Below, piece by piece: positions 21,075 to 31,358 of a stretch of DNA of 64,000 nucleotides (position 1 is the stretch's first letter; the number at the start of each line of letters is the position of its first letter). The stretch covers positions 6,644-70,643 of the forward strand of contig DAIDKS010000001.1 of assembly GCA_027449885.1 (NCBI GenBank). The letters run 5' to 3'. A program made the translations under genes and the position numbers. Under the pieces are notes generated by a model. That model saw only the letters and a list, made by a program, of their open reading frames with translations. It made no database searches and was not told where the DNA came from. This DNA is from Acidimicrobiaceae bacterium (GTDB lineage: Bacteria; Actinomycetota; Acidimicrobiia; Acidimicrobiales; RAAP-2).

Positions 21075-21791
21075 GTGGACGGCGTCAGCCTGATCGCGGC
21101 GTTCGGGGCCGGCATCGCCTCGTTCGCCTCGCCGTGCGTGCTCCCGCTCGTCCCGGCCTACCTCTCGATCGTCGCCGGCTTCGACGCGAGCGCGAGCAGC
21201 GGTCCGCGACGGGGCCTCGGTCGGCTCACGCGGGACACCCTGCTCTTCATCGCGGGCTTCGCCGTCGTCTTCATCCTGCTCGGGCTCTCGGCGAACGCCC
21301 TCGGCCGCAGCGTCATCCACCAGCAGGCCACGCTCACCCGCGTCGCCGGCGTCGTCATCGTCGCCATGGCCCTCTTCCTCCTCGTCACGTTGGTCGCCCC
21401 CACACCGGGGCTCGTGCGCGAGTACCGCACCCACCCGATCGTCGACCGCCTGGGCCCGTTCGCCGCCCCCGTCGCGGGAGCGGCCTTCGCCTTCGGGTGG
21501 ACCCCGTGCGTCGGGCCGATCCTCGCGTCGGTCCTGGCCGTCGCCGCGGAGCAGGGTCACGGCGCGAGCGGTGCCCTGCTGCTCGCCGCCTACACCGCGG
21601 GCCTCGGCGCGCCCTTCCTCGCGGTGGCGCTCGCCTTCGAGCGCCTGCGACGACCACTCGACTGGCTGAAGCGCCACGGCAACGTGGTCACCGCCGTCAG
21701 CGCCAGCCTCCTCCTCGTCCTCGGCCTCCTCCTCGTCCTCGATCGGCTGGCCTGGATCACGAGCCTCGCCCAGCGCGTCGGGCGCCTCTGA
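21075..21791 (+). CDS. ccdA: CcdA/DsbD-type membrane electron transporter
   Basis: SFASPCVLPLVPAY and FGWTPCVGP. Confidence 0.92.
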   Translation: MDGVSLIAAFGAGIASFASPCVLPLVPAYLSIVAGFDASASSGPRRGLGRLTRDTLLFIAGFAVVFILLGLSANALGRSVIHQQATLTRVAGVVIVAMALFLLVTLVAPTPGLVREYRTHPIVDRLGPFAAPVAGAAFAFGWTPCVGPILASVLAVAAEQGHGASGALLLAAYTAGLGAPFLAVALAFERLRRPLDWLKRHGNVVTAVSASLLLVLGLLLVLDRLAWITSLAQRVGRL

Positions 21792-21792
21792 G

Positions 21793-22239
21793 CTACGCGC
21801 CCGGCGCGGGCAAGGAGGCGAGGAGCGCCCCGAGGCCGACCGCGACGAGCGAGAGGACGAGCGTGAGCCGCGCGTAGCGTCCCGCCCGCTCCGAGCGAGC
21901 CCTCGCGGCGCGCCCGTGCGCGAGGCTCGCGGCGACGAGCCCCACCACGACGACCATCTTCAGCCCGAAGGCGACCCCGAGCGCACTGCGCCCGCCGCGG
22001 ACGAGCACGTGGTCGTGCACCGCGAGCAGGACGCCGGTGACGAGGAGGAGGGGCCACGCGACGTGGTGCGAGCCCCGGGTGAAGCGCTGACCCATCGGCC
22101 GCAGGGCCGCACCGAAGACCCGGGGCTCCAGCGCCTCGCGCAGCGACGGCGTGATCGAGCGCAGCAGCAGCTGTCCCCCGACCCACCAGGCCATGGCCAG
22201 CACGTGCCCGGCCAGGACGACGGCCCACACGTACGACAC
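21793..22239 (-). CDS. Four-TM membrane protein (CopD/DUF4149-like)
   Basis: HVLAMAWWVGG, LLVTG, LKM...AHG pattern. Confidence 0.6.
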   Translation of the reverse strand: MSYVWAVVLAGHVLAMAWWVGGQLLLRSITPSLREALEPRVFGAALRPMGQRFTRGSHHVAWPLLLVTGVLLAVHDHVLVRGGRSALGVAFGLKMVVVVGLVAASLAHGRAARARSERAGRYARLTLVLSLVAVGLGALLASLPAPGA

Positions 22240-22299
22240 GGCGCCTCCTCTCCGGGGGGCACACTAGCCCCGGAGAGGAGGCGCCTCGCCGCCGGACGG

Positions 22300-23124
22300 C
22301 TACGCGTCGCGGCGAACCAGCAGGTAGCCCCCGACGCCCAGGGCGACGGCCGCGTAGAGCGCCAGCACCCCCGCGCCGGCCCACGGGCTGAGCGACGACC
22401 CCTGACCCGCCGTCACGACCGAGGTCATCACGTCGCTGATGTGGAAGGGCATGAACTTGAGGATCGGCTGGCTGAACGAGGACGGGAGGGTCTGCAGGAT
22501 GATCGGCACCACGAGCAGGAGCCCCACGTAGGTGGTGATCGCCCCGGCCGAGTGGCGGATGATGGCGGCGATGCCCAGCGCGAGGAGCCCGAGCAGCCCG
22601 ATCACGACGCCGCCACCGACCACGGCCCGTAGGACGCCGGGCTGACTGAGCAGGGCGTGGGGCGCCGGGTGGCGCAGGAGTCCCTGCCCGAGTAGGAACG
22701 CACCGAAGGACAGCACCTCACCGGCCACCAGCGCGAGGGCGCCGACCAGAGCGGCCTTGGCTCCGAGCACGCGCGCCCGCCGCGGCGTCGCCGCGAGGGT
22801 CGAGCGAATCGTCCCGGTGCCGTACTCGGCACTCATGACGAGGACGCCGAGCACCCCGATGATCAACTGACTGAAGAGCAGCCCCTTCAGCGTGATCCCG
22901 GTCGGGTCGAAGGTCGCGCGCTGGATCACGTTGAACGTGTGCCAGTTGTGCGAGACGGTGGCGCCGGCGATCGCGGCGACCCCGAGGGTCACGACGGCCA
23001 TGGCGAACAGGGTCCACCAGGTCGACCGCACGGTGCGCAGCTTCGTCCACTCGGCGCGCAGCAGGTGGGAGCGGCCGGCGGTGGCGCTCGAGGTGTGGGT
23101 GGGAGGGATGGTCAGGGTCGTCAT
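22300..23124 (-). CDS. ABC-2-type exporter permease
   Basis: AEWTKLRTVRS, EYGTGTIRSTLAATPRR, C-terminal RRDA. Confidence 0.9.
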   Translation of the reverse strand: MTTLTIPPTHTSSATAGRSHLLRAEWTKLRTVRSTWWTLFAMAVVTLGVAAIAGATVSHNWHTFNVIQRATFDPTGITLKGLLFSQLIIGVLGVLVMSAEYGTGTIRSTLAATPRRARVLGAKAALVGALALVAGEVLSFGAFLLGQGLLRHPAPHALLSQPGVLRAVVGGGVVIGLLGLLALGIAAIIRHSAGAITTYVGLLLVVPIILQTLPSSFSQPILKFMPFHISDVMTSVVTAGQGSSLSPWAGAGVLALYAAVALGVGGYLLVRRDA

Positions 23125-23130
23125 CGGGGC

Positions 23131-24063
23131 CTACTTTGCGGTCGGGACCGGGACGTCGGTCGTCCGGCCGTGGTATTCGACGCTGTCGCGCGTCAGGGAC
23201 ATGAAGGCCTCCTCGAGGGAGGCCGTCTGGGGTGAGAGCTCGTGGAGGACGAGGCGGGCCGCGGCGGCGAGCTCGCCGATCGCCGCGGCGTCGAGGCCGT
23301 GGACCGCGAGGGCGTCGTCACCCTCCGCCACGACGTTCGCGCCCTCGCGCTCCAGCACACCGGTGATATCGGCGAGGCGCGGACCGCGCACCCGCACGAA
23401 GGTGCCGGCGGTCTCGGCGATGAAGTCGTCGACCGTGCCCTCGGAGATCAGGGCGCCGCGTCCGATCACCACGAGGCGATCCGCGGTCAGGGCCATCTCG
23501 CTCATCAAGTGGCTCGACACGAAGACGCTGCGCCCCTCGGCCGCCAGGCCCTTCAGGAGGTTGCGGACCCAGAGGATCCCCTCGGGATCGAGACCGTTGA
23601 TCGGCTCGTCGAACAGCAGGACGCCGGGGTCACCGAGCAGGGCGGCCGCGATGCCCAGCCGCTGTCCCATGCCGAGCGAGAACTTGCCCACGCGGCGCCG
23701 GGCGACGTCACCGAGGCCCACCATGTCGAGGACCTCGTCGACCCGGTGGCGGGAGATGCCGTTGGTCTCGGCCAGGTACTGGATGTGGTGGTAGGCGCTG
23801 CGACCCGGGTGGATCGCCTTCGCCTCGAGGAGCGCCCCGACCTCGCGCAGGGGGTGAGCGAGGTCGTGGTAGGCGCGACCGTTGATCGCGACCGATCCGT
23901 GGTCGGGACGATCGAGGCCCATGATCATGCGCATGGTGGTCGACTTGCCCGAGCCGTTCGGCCCGAGGAATCCCGTCACGACGCCCGGCGGGACCTCGAA
24001 GGAGAGGTCGCGCACGGCGACCGTGTCGCGATACTGCTTGGTTAGTTCCCGTACCTCGATCAC
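23131..24063 (-). CDS. ABC exporter ATP-binding protein
   Basis: GPNGSGKST, FSLGMGQR, LFDEP, SSH. Confidence 0.95.
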   Translation of the reverse strand: MIEVRELTKQYRDTVAVRDLSFEVPPGVVTGFLGPNGSGKSTTMRMIMGLDRPDHGSVAINGRAYHDLAHPLREVGALLEAKAIHPGRSAYHHIQYLAETNGISRHRVDEVLDMVGLGDVARRRVGKFSLGMGQRLGIAAALLGDPGVLLFDEPINGLDPEGILWVRNLLKGLAAEGRSVFVSSHLMSEMALTADRLVVIGRGALISEGTVDDFIAETAGTFVRVRGPRLADITGVLEREGANVVAEGDDALAVHGLDAAAIGELAAAARLVLHELSPQTASLEEAFMSLTRDSVEYHGRTTDVPVPTAK

Positions 24064-24171
24064 CGGTTCCTCCGTTCTCGTGGGTCTCCAGTGTCGCGGG
24101 TCCGCCCCCCGGGTCGACTCCGCCGGGCGGCTACTTGTGCGCGTCGCCCGGACGACCTCCGCGCTCCGATC

Positions 24172-24191
24172 CGTCCTCCGCACGGAGGACG
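24172..24191. promoter_or_regulatory. Palindrome between divergent ABC and two-component genes (likely response-regulator site)
   Basis: CGTCCTCCG-CA-CGGAGGACG. Confidence 0.45.
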
Positions 24192-24245
24192 TCCGTCATC
24201 CCCGCGACGGACCCACGAGCCGCCCCGGCTCGGTAGCGTCGAGGC

Positions 24246-25409
24246 GTGAGCGAGTCCACCGGCGACGCCGCGCTGCCCTGGGTCGAGCGAATGACGCCGG
24301 CCGCATGGACGGCCGTCGACGCCGCCGTCGCCGTCCTGCTCGCGGCGGCCACCCTCACCCACCTCTACGCCTTTCCCTCGTCGATCCCCCGTGCCGCCCT
24401 CGTCCCCGTCGACCTCGCCGCCACCCTCCCCGTCGCCGTCCGGCGACGCTTCCCCGGTGCGATCCTGATCGTCGTGACGCTGGCGGTCACGATCTCGACG
24501 GCCGCGGGACGCTCCCTCGCCCCGGCACCGGTGATCGCCCTGCCCCTCTACTCCCTCACCGTCACGACCGGCCGGCGGCGCTCCCTCTACGCGCTCGTCG
24601 CCGTCGAGGCGTCCCTCCTCGGCGGACTCCTCGGGGCCTCCCTAGCCCACCACGCCCAGGGCGACGTCACGTTCAACCTGGTCCTCGCCGGGGCCAGCTG
24701 GGTCGTGGGCGACGCGGTGCGCACCCGGCGGGGCTACCTCGCCGAGCAGGAGCGCGAACGCCGGCGCCGAGCGGTCGACGACGCCACCCGCGCCGTCGTG
24801 GACGAGCGACTGGCCATCGCTCGCGAACTGCACGACGTCCTCGCCCACAGCCTCGCGGTGATCGCCATCCAGTCCGGCGTAGGGCGTCACGTCCTCGACA
24901 CGCAGCCCGACCAGGCTCGCGAGGCGCTCGAGGCCGTCGAGCACACCAGCCGCAGCGCACTCGACGAGCTCCGACGCGTTCTCGGTGCCCTGCGATCGGA
25001 CGACGTCGAGCGCGTGCCGACGCCCGGCGTCGCTGACCTCGGCGACCTCGCCGCACGGGTCAGCGCGACGGGCACCCCCGTCGAGATCTCCGTCGAGGGT
25101 GACCCGAACCGCCTCGCCCCGGGACTCCAACTGTCGCTCTACCGAATCGCCCAGGAGGCCCTCACGAACGTGGTGAAGCACGCCCCCGGGGCGCGAGCCC
25201 GGGTGGACCTGCGGGTCGACGCCGACGAGGTCCGTCTCGAGGTCACCAACACCCCGAGCGCCCGCACCCGTCCGGCCGGACCGCCGGGTCACGGCCTCGT
25301 CGGCATGCGCGAGCGGGCGTCCCTCTACGGCGGGACCCTGACGGCCGAGCCGCGGGTGCGCGGAGGGTTCGCCGTCACCGCCCACTTCCCCCACCGGAGC
25401 CCGACGTGA
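24246..25409 (+). CDS. Sensor histidine kinase (HisKA_3)
   Basis: ERLAIARELHDVLAH, QEALTNVVKHA, GHGLVGMRER. Confidence 0.93.
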   Translation: MSESTGDAALPWVERMTPAAWTAVDAAVAVLLAAATLTHLYAFPSSIPRAALVPVDLAATLPVAVRRRFPGAILIVVTLAVTISTAAGRSLAPAPVIALPLYSLTVTTGRRRSLYALVAVEASLLGGLLGASLAHHAQGDVTFNLVLAGASWVVGDAVRTRRGYLAEQERERRRRAVDDATRAVVDERLAIARELHDVLAHSLAVIAIQSGVGRHVLDTQPDQAREALEAVEHTSRSALDELRRVLGALRSDDVERVPTPGVADLGDLAARVSATGTPVEISVEGDPNRLAPGLQLSLYRIAQEALTNVVKHAPGARARVDLRVDADEVRLEVTNTPSARTRPAGPPGHGLVGMRERASLYGGTLTAEPRVRGGFAVTAHFPHRSPT

Positions 25410-26059
25410 GCATCCGCGTCATGGTCGCTGACGACCAGGCCCTCATTCGGGCCGGGTTCCGGGTGCTGATCGACTCCTCACCCGACTGCCTCGTCGTCGC
25501 CGAGGCGTCCGACGGCGCCGAGGCCGTGCGCCAGGCGAGTCACACCCGACCCGACGTGGTCCTCATGGACATCCGGATGCCCGTCATGGACGGGATCGAG
25601 GCCACTCGACTCATCGCCTCCGACCCGGCGCTCGGCGACACGCGCGTCGTCATCCTCACCACCTTCGACCTCGACGAGTACGTCTACGAGGCCCTCCGGG
25701 TCGGGGCGAGCGGCTTCTTGCTGAAGGACACGCCCCCCGAGGACCTGCTCGCCGCCATCCGGGTGGTCGCGCGGGGCGACGCGCTCCTCTCCCCCAGCGT
25801 CACTCGTCGTGTGATCGCGCAGTTCAATCGACTGGCTCCTCCCTCGCCCACCGGGGAGTCCTCCTTCGCGGCCCTCACCGACCGCGAGCGCGAGGTCCTC
25901 TCCGCGGTCGCCCGGGGGCTCACCAACTCCGAGATCGCCGACGACCTCCACATGAGCGTCGCCACGGTGAAGACCCACGTCAGTCGGATCCTCGCCAAGC
26001 TCGACGCACGGGACCGAACCCAGCTGGTCGTCCTCGCCTACCAGGCCGGTCTCGCCTAG
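25406..26059 (+). CDS. NarL-family response regulator
   Basis: [21 protein letters not shown]...TVKTHV. Confidence 0.95.
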   Translation: MSIRVMVADDQALIRAGFRVLIDSSPDCLVVAEASDGAEAVRQASHTRPDVVLMDIRMPVMDGIEATRLIASDPALGDTRVVILTTFDLDEYVYEALRVGASGFLLKDTPPEDLLAAIRVVARGDALLSPSVTRRVIAQFNRLAPPSPTGESSFAALTDREREVLSAVARGLTNSEIADDLHMSVATVKTHVSRILAKLDARDRTQLVVLAYQAGLA

Positions 26060-26862
26060 TTGCCCAACTCGTCGGCGAGCACCGCGACCGAGCTGACGAT
26101 GCGCGAGGGCCGGTAGGGGAAGTGCTCGGCGGCGTGGGCCTCGGACACCCCGGAGAGGACCAGGACCGTGTGCAGTCCCGCCTCGAGTCCGGCGACCACG
26201 TCGGTGTCCATGCGGTCGCCGACCATGGCGGTCGTCTCGGAGTGGGCCTTCAGCTCCCGCAACGCCGAACGGATCATCAGGGGATTCGGCTTGCCCACGA
26301 AGTACGGCGAGCGTCCCGTCGCCTTCGAGAGGAGCGCCGCGACGGCCCCCGTCGCGGGCAGCGGACCCTCGAGGCTCGGGCCGGTGGGGTCCGGGTTGGT
26401 CGCGATGAACCGCGCGCCCCGGTTGATCAGCCGCACCGCCGTCGTGAGCTGCTCGAAGGAGAGGTTGCGCGTCTCCCCGACGACGACGTAGTCGGGCGAC
26501 ATCTCGGTGAGCGTGTAACCCACCTGGTGCAGTGCGGTCGTGAGGCCCACGTCACCGATGGCGAAGGCCGTGCCGTGGGGGCGCTGGGTGTGGAGGAACG
26601 AGGCCGTGGCCAGCGCCGACGTCCAGATGCGCTCCTCGGGCACCTCGAGTCCGTTGTGGCGCAGCCGCGCCGCGAGGTCGCGGCGCGTGTAGATCGAGTT
26701 GTTGGTGAGGACGAGAAACGGGGTCCCCCGGCGCGACAGCGCGTCGAGGAAGCGATCCGCCCCCTCGACCAGGTGCTCCTCGCGCACCAGCACGCCGTCC
26801 ATGTCGAGCAGCCACGCGCCGACCTCGGTGGCCGACGTGATGGGGGTGGGATCGTTGCTCAC
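26056..26862 (-). CDS. HAD-IIA hydrolase (NagD-like)
   Basis: [30 protein letters not shown]. Confidence 0.92.
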   Translation of the reverse strand: MSNDPTPITSATEVGAWLLDMDGVLVREEHLVEGADRFLDALSRRGTPFLVLTNNSIYTRRDLAARLRHNGLEVPEERIWTSALATASFLHTQRPHGTAFAIGDVGLTTALHQVGYTLTEMSPDYVVVGETRNLSFEQLTTAVRLINRGARFIATNPDPTGPSLEGPLPATGAVAALLSKATGRSPYFVGKPNPLMIRSALRELKAHSETTAMVGDRMDTDVVAGLEAGLHTVLVLSGVSEAHAAEHFPYRPSRIVSSVAVLADELGN

Positions 26863-26916
26863 GGTTCTCCTCGGGCGATGGCTCCCCCGGACCGTACCAT
26901 CGCGATCCGCGACGCC

Positions 26917-27273
26917 CTACGCGAAGCGAGCGATCGCCCACGGGACGGTGACCCAGAGCGGCCACCACCCCTGCACCCCGCCACCGGTGACCCAGATCAC
27001 CAGCCAGATACCCCACAACCCTCCCACCGAGCCCACGAAGGCACGGACGTGCCGCGGGGCTCGGCGGCGCCAGGGCACCGCCTCGGGCGGTGGATCGGGT
27101 AGGTCGTGGGTCAGTGCGGCCACCTCGCCATGCGTCGTGGACCTCAGCAGGACGTCGATCCGACGCTCGAACTCCACCACGTCCAGCCGGCCCTCCGCGC
27201 GGGCCTCGCGCAAACGTGCAGCGATCGCGTCGCGCTCCCGATCGGACAGGCGCAGGTCGGGCGAGTCGGGCAC
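26917..27273 (-). CDS. DUF1707-domain membrane protein
   Basis: LRLSDRERD...EGRLDVVEFERR...LTHDLP plus 2 TMs. Confidence 0.8.
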   Translation of the reverse strand: MPDSPDLRLSDRERDAIAARLREARAEGRLDVVEFERRIDVLLRSTTHGEVAALTHDLPDPPPEAVPWRRRAPRHVRAFVGSVGGLWGIWLVIWVTGGGVQGWWPLWVTVPWAIARFA

Positions 27274-27330
27274 GGCTCAGTGTCGCACGCCGTCGCGTTC
27301 CCGTCAACGGACATTGACCCGATCGGACAT

Positions 27331-27346
27331 ATACCCCCCGGGGTAT
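27331..27346. promoter_or_regulatory. CsoR/CstR-type operator
   Basis: ATACCCCCCGGGGTAT pseudo-palindrome with C/G tracts upstream of the rhodanese gene. Confidence 0.7.
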
Positions 27347-27387
27347 CTGTATACTGGAGCGATCTCACCCGAGCAAAGGAGAGTGAC

Positions 27388-27714
27388 GTGTTCCAGGAAG
27401 TCGACCTGAGCCACTTCAGCGCGGCCCACGCCGACGGGGCCCTCGTCGTGGACGTGCGCGAGCCCCACGAGTACGAGTCCGGCCACGTGCCCGGCGCCCG
27501 CCTGATCCCTCTGGGCATCCTCGCCCACCACGCCGCCGACCTCCCGTCCGATCGCCCCATCTACGTCGTCTGCCAGAGCGGCGGTCGCAGCCGTAGCGCG
27601 GCCGCCTTCCTCCACCAGCTGGGGCACGACGTGCGGTCCGTCCTCGGCGGCACCGGCGCGTGGATCGCGGCGGGGCGTCCCGTCGTGCGCGGCGTCCGCG
27701 CGAACGCGGTCTGA
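27388..27714 (+). CDS. Single-domain rhodanese/sulfurtransferase
   Basis: VDVREPHEYESGHVPGA, active-site CQSGGRS; AAGGAG RBS. Confidence 0.92.
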   Translation: MFQEVDLSHFSAAHADGALVVDVREPHEYESGHVPGARLIPLGILAHHAADLPSDRPIYVVCQSGGRSRSAAAFLHQLGHDVRSVLGGTGAWIAAGRPVVRGVRANAV

Positions 27715-27807
27715 GCCTCGGCCCACCCCCTCGACCCCCCTCGAGGGGGTGGGCCCCTCTCGAGGGCGCGAGCCACGCGGCACCGGGTCACACGGCACAC
27801 TGGATCG

Positions 27808-28299
27808 GTGCTCGACCACTTCGCACCACTCGCCACTCCCCGACTCGAGCTGCGGCCCATCGGGCGCGACCTCGCCCGATCGATAGCCGGCGGTGACGTC
27901 AGCGCCCTGCGAACGGCGCCCGGCTGGCCGCAGCCCGGCACCGTGAACGGCGTTCGGATGGCTCTCGAGCGGGGGCAGCCCGCCGGGTGGCTCGTCATCC
28001 TCGACGACGAGGTCGTCGGTGACTGTGGCGTCCACGCACCCGTCGACGAGGACGGTCGCGTCGAGATCGGCTACGGCCTGGCCGAGCCCTTTCGCGGCCG
28101 CGGACTCGGAACCGAGCTGGTGTCGACGGTGTCCGGGTGGCTGCTCGACCATCCCGACGTGCGAGAGGTGTCCGCGCGAATCGAGCGCGACAACGCGGCG
28201 AGTCGCCGCGTCCTCGAGAGGGCCGACTTCGAGCCGCTCCGGGCGGCGTCACCGAGCGACGACCTCCTCACCCTCGTGCGCCGTCGACCGAAGGCGTGA
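27808..28299 (+). CDS. GNAT N-acetyltransferase (RimJ/RimL-like)
   Basis: VEIGYGL...FRGRGLGTE, NAASRRVLER. Confidence 0.85.
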   Translation: MLDHFAPLATPRLELRPIGRDLARSIAGGDVSALRTAPGWPQPGTVNGVRMALERGQPAGWLVILDDEVVGDCGVHAPVDEDGRVEIGYGLAEPFRGRGLGTELVSTVSGWLLDHPDVREVSARIERDNAASRRVLERADFEPLRAASPSDDLLTLVRRRPKA

Positions 28300-28455
28300 C
28301 GCTCCGTCCCCGGGCCCGCACGGCCCAGGGACCGAGCGACCGGGAGCCACTCGACGAGCCGCGCCGCCGCACTCGTACCGCCCCTCCGGCGGGATGCCGG
28401 ACGGGGTGCACAATGGTCTCAACGGGCGCGCGGCGCCCCCACGAAGGAGGTCACC

Positions 28456-29502
28456 ATGAAGGCCGTCCAGTATCGCGAGTTCGGCGGACACCCGGAGGTC
28501 GTGGAGATCGATCGACCGACCCCCGGGCCGGGCCAGGTCCTGCTGCGCGTCACCGCGGCCGGACTGTGCCACTCCGACGTCTTCGTCATGAGCCTGCCCC
28601 GCGAGCAGTACTTCCTCGGCACCCTGCCCCTGACGCTCGGCCACGAGGGGGTCGGCGTCGTCGCCGAGCTGGGGCCGGGCGTCTCCTCCGTGGCCGTCGG
28701 TGACGCCGTGGCCGTCTACGGTCCGTGGGGCTGTGGGACCTGCCACCAGTGCGCCCAGGGTCACGAGAACTACTGCGAGCGAGCGAGCGACCTCGGCATC
28801 CTCGCCCCGGGACTCGGCGCCCCGGGGGCCATGGCCGAGTACATGCTCGTCGACGACCCCCGACACCTCGTGCCGATCGTCGACCTCGATCCGGCGGAGG
28901 CGGCCCCCCTCACCGACGCCGGCCTCACTCCCTACCACGCGATCAGGCCCTCCCTCCCGAAGCTCGGGGCGGGGTCCTTCGCCGTCGTCCTGGGGGCGGG
29001 CGGACTCGGGCACGTGGGCATTCAGATCCTGAGAGCCCTGTCGGGGGCACGGATCATCGCCCTCGACGTCGACGACGCCAAGTTGGCCCTGGCTCGCGAT
29101 TGCGGGGCCGACGAGGCCCTGCGCTCCGACGACCCCGAGGTGGTCGAACGGGTCCGCTCCCTCACCGGGGGCCGGGGAGCCGCCGGCGTCTTCGACTTCG
29201 CCGGCTTCCAGTCGAGCCTCGACGTCGCGACCCAGCTCGTCGCCGTGGGCGGGGACTTCAAGATCGTCGGCCTCGGGATGGGCGGCGCGACGGTCCCGGT
29301 GGGCTTCTTCACCACCCCCTACGAGGCGACGGTGAGGACGACCTACTGGGGATACCGTCACGAGTTGGCCGAGGTGATCGAGCTCGCCCGCCGGGGCCAG
29401 ATCCGGGTCCACGTCGAACGATTCTCCCTCGACGACGCCCCGGAGGCCTACGAGCGGCTGCACCGGGGGACCCTCACCGGCCGCGCCGTCGTCATCCCCT
29501 AG
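28456..29502 (+). CDS. Zn-dependent NAD alcohol dehydrogenase
   Basis: GLCHSD, GHEGVG, CGTCHQC...C, GAGGLG. Confidence 0.95.
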   Translation: MKAVQYREFGGHPEVVEIDRPTPGPGQVLLRVTAAGLCHSDVFVMSLPREQYFLGTLPLTLGHEGVGVVAELGPGVSSVAVGDAVAVYGPWGCGTCHQCAQGHENYCERASDLGILAPGLGAPGAMAEYMLVDDPRHLVPIVDLDPAEAAPLTDAGLTPYHAIRPSLPKLGAGSFAVVLGAGGLGHVGIQILRALSGARIIALDVDDAKLALARDCGADEALRSDDPEVVERVRSLTGGRGAAGVFDFAGFQSSLDVATQLVAVGGDFKIVGLGMGGATVPVGFFTTPYEATVRTTYWGYRHELAEVIELARRGQIRVHVERFSLDDAPEAYERLHRGTLTGRAVVIP

Positions 29503-29600
29503 GCGGGCCCGTCCGGCGAACGGTCGATCGACCCGCCGGCCCCGGCGACATACGCCACGACCAGGGAGAACACTCTCTCGACGCACGTCTCACCGGATTA

Positions 29601-29618
29601 TCACAGGATCCTCACAGG
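29601..29618 (+). promoter_or_regulatory. Direct repeat TCACAG-N5-TCACAG (OmpR/PhoP-type box)
   Basis: TCACAGGATCCTCACAGG, 11-bp period, about 85 bp upstream of the dapB-like gene. Confidence 0.4.
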
Positions 29619-29702
29619 GTCGTGCCAGGCACTCCGAGCAGCGTAGGAGAGGGGCGGTCCCGGACCCGGGCCTCCCCCGCCACCGACGTAGGGAGGTGAA
29701 CC

Positions 29703-30635
29703 GTGCGCGTAGGTCTCATGGGCTTTGGCACGACCGGATCCGCCGTCGCCCGCGTGCTGCTCGGCAGCCCGACGACGTCGCTCGAGTGGGTCGTTCGCGA
29801 CAGCGACCGTCACGGACAGCGCTCCGCGGGCGACGTGCTCGACGTCCCCTCGTCCTCGCCCGCCCTGATCGTCTCGCGGTGGGACCTCACGGCCGGCGAC
29901 CTCCTCGAACGTCATCCCGTCGACGTGATCATCGACTTCTCGAGCGAGGACGGGCTCGACTACTACGGGGAGGCGGCGGCGGCGCGCGGGGTGAGCATCG
30001 TCTCGGCCATCTCGCACTACTCGGTCGTGAAGCAGCGCAAGCTGGAACGGCTGAGTCGGACGACCGCCGTGCTGTGGTCCCCCAACATCACGCTCGGCAT
30101 CAACTTCCTGATCCTCGCGGCCCAGACGCTGCGGCGCATCGCGCCCTCCGTCGACGTCGAGATCATCGAGGAGCACTTCAAGGACAAGCGCAACGTCTCG
30201 GGCACGGCGAAGGTCATCGCGGGAGCCCTGGACCTTCCCGAGCAGGACATCAAGTCGGTCCGCGCGGGCGGCATCGTCGGGGTCCACGAGATCCTCTTCG
30301 GCATGCCACACCAGACGATCCGCCTTCGCCACGAGTCGGTCTCGCGCGAGGCGTTCGGGACCGGGGCCCTTTTCGTCTCGGAGCGCCTCGAGGGCAAGCC
30401 ACCCGGTCTCTACAAGATGGACGACCTGCTACTCCCCTTCTTCGCGACCACCGAGGAGACGCGCCGGCCGTCCTGGCGCGAGCGGCTCTTCCGCGTCGGC
30501 GCCCGTAGCGCCGCGCGACGTCGTCGTCGCGAGGAGATCCAGGCCGCGATCGACACCCTCAGCCACCCGTCCACGACGCATCTGGTCGTCGACGACGTCG
30601 TCCCCCACCCCGCCCGCGACGACGCGCGACACTAG
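29703..30635 (+). CDS. Dihydrodipicolinate-reductase (DapB)-like oxidoreductase
   Basis: GFGTTG, IIDFS, SPNITLGIN, IIEEHFKDK...SGTA, RAGGIVGVH. Confidence 0.78.
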   Translation: MRVGLMGFGTTGSAVARVLLGSPTTSLEWVVRDSDRHGQRSAGDVLDVPSSSPALIVSRWDLTAGDLLERHPVDVIIDFSSEDGLDYYGEAAAARGVSIVSAISHYSVVKQRKLERLSRTTAVLWSPNITLGINFLILAAQTLRRIAPSVDVEIIEEHFKDKRNVSGTAKVIAGALDLPEQDIKSVRAGGIVGVHEILFGMPHQTIRLRHESVSREAFGTGALFVSERLEGKPPGLYKMDDLLLPFFATTEETRRPSWRERLFRVGARSAARRRRREEIQAAIDTLSHPSTTHLVVDDVVPHPARDDARH

Positions 30636-30681
30636 GCGGTAGCGACGCTCGCCGCTGGCGGCGACGCCCTGCCGGGGACCC

Positions 30682-31026
30682 TCAGCCCGCGTAGCGGGCC
30701 AGGGCCTCGAAGTTCTCGTAGAGCCGCGGCTCGCTCGCGTGCGCGCGCATCGCGAGGGCGTAGGCCGACACCCGCGACCAGACACCCGCGACCCAGTAGG
30801 TGTCGTGGAGCAGGTCGATGTCGAGGACGCCGTGCTTGACGAGGGCCCCGGCCGTCTCGAAGAACGTGAGCGCGACCCCGACGGCGGGATCACCGCCGGA
30901 CGCGTCGGGGTCCGGGTGCACGGCGAACGCCGGGTCGAAGACCCGACGGAGCGCGTCCTCGAGTCCCGAGGTCGCCCCCCACTGGAGCAACTGCAAGAGC
31001 ACCGACGCATCCTCGTACGTGGCCAT
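30682..31026 (-). CDS. Small hypothetical protein (DUF4760-like)
   Basis: FFETAGALVKHG...YENFEALA; GGAAGGGGAGG RBS. Confidence 0.6.
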   Translation of the reverse strand: MATYEDASVLLQLLQWGATSGLEDALRRVFDPAFAVHPDPDASGGDPAVGVALTFFETAGALVKHGVLDIDLLHDTYWVAGVWSRVSAYALAMRAHASEPRLYENFEALARYAG

Positions 31027-31142
31027 GGCCTCCCCTTCCTCGCGAAGGGGGACCGAGCTGCCCGACGAACGCCATTCCGCCGACGGGCCCGACCCTAGTG
31101 CTCGACGCTCCGCCGCGCGAGTGGGACCCCAACCGGTCCGAC

Positions 31143-31168
31143 GGTCGGTCCCGGAGCCGGCACCGACC
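31143..31168 (-). terminator. Hairpin beyond the outermost att copy, probably the displaced original tRNA-Cys terminator
   Basis: GGTCGGT..CCGG/CCGG..ACCGACC inverted repeat 9 bp past the CCA end. Confidence 0.4.
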
Positions 31169-31176
31169 TCACTCGT

Positions 31177-31225
31177 TGGAGGCGGCGTCCGGATTCGAAC
31201 CGGAGTACGGGGCTTTGCAGGCCCC
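31177..31225 (-). repeat. att copy 1: 49-bp duplicate of tRNA-Cys from anticodon stem to CCA
   Basis: Identical to 46062-46110 and 52535-52583. Confidence 0.97.
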
Positions 31226-31232
31226 GGCAACC

Positions 31233-31358
31233 TGTGCCAGGGTGTGCCTCGCTGTGCCAGGAGTCAGTAAAACACTGGAGTTTGCCCGGATTCCTTGACA
31301 CCCCTTGGGCTCTGCTACAGCACGAAATTGACCCTTTACCGTGGCAAATGCCGTGGCA
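31233..31358 (+). repeat. Left-end motifs of element A: TGTGCC x3 at 10-bp period, and a CCGTGGCA pair
   Basis: TGTGCC at 31233, 31243, 31253; CCGTGGCA at 31339 and 31351. Confidence 0.8.
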
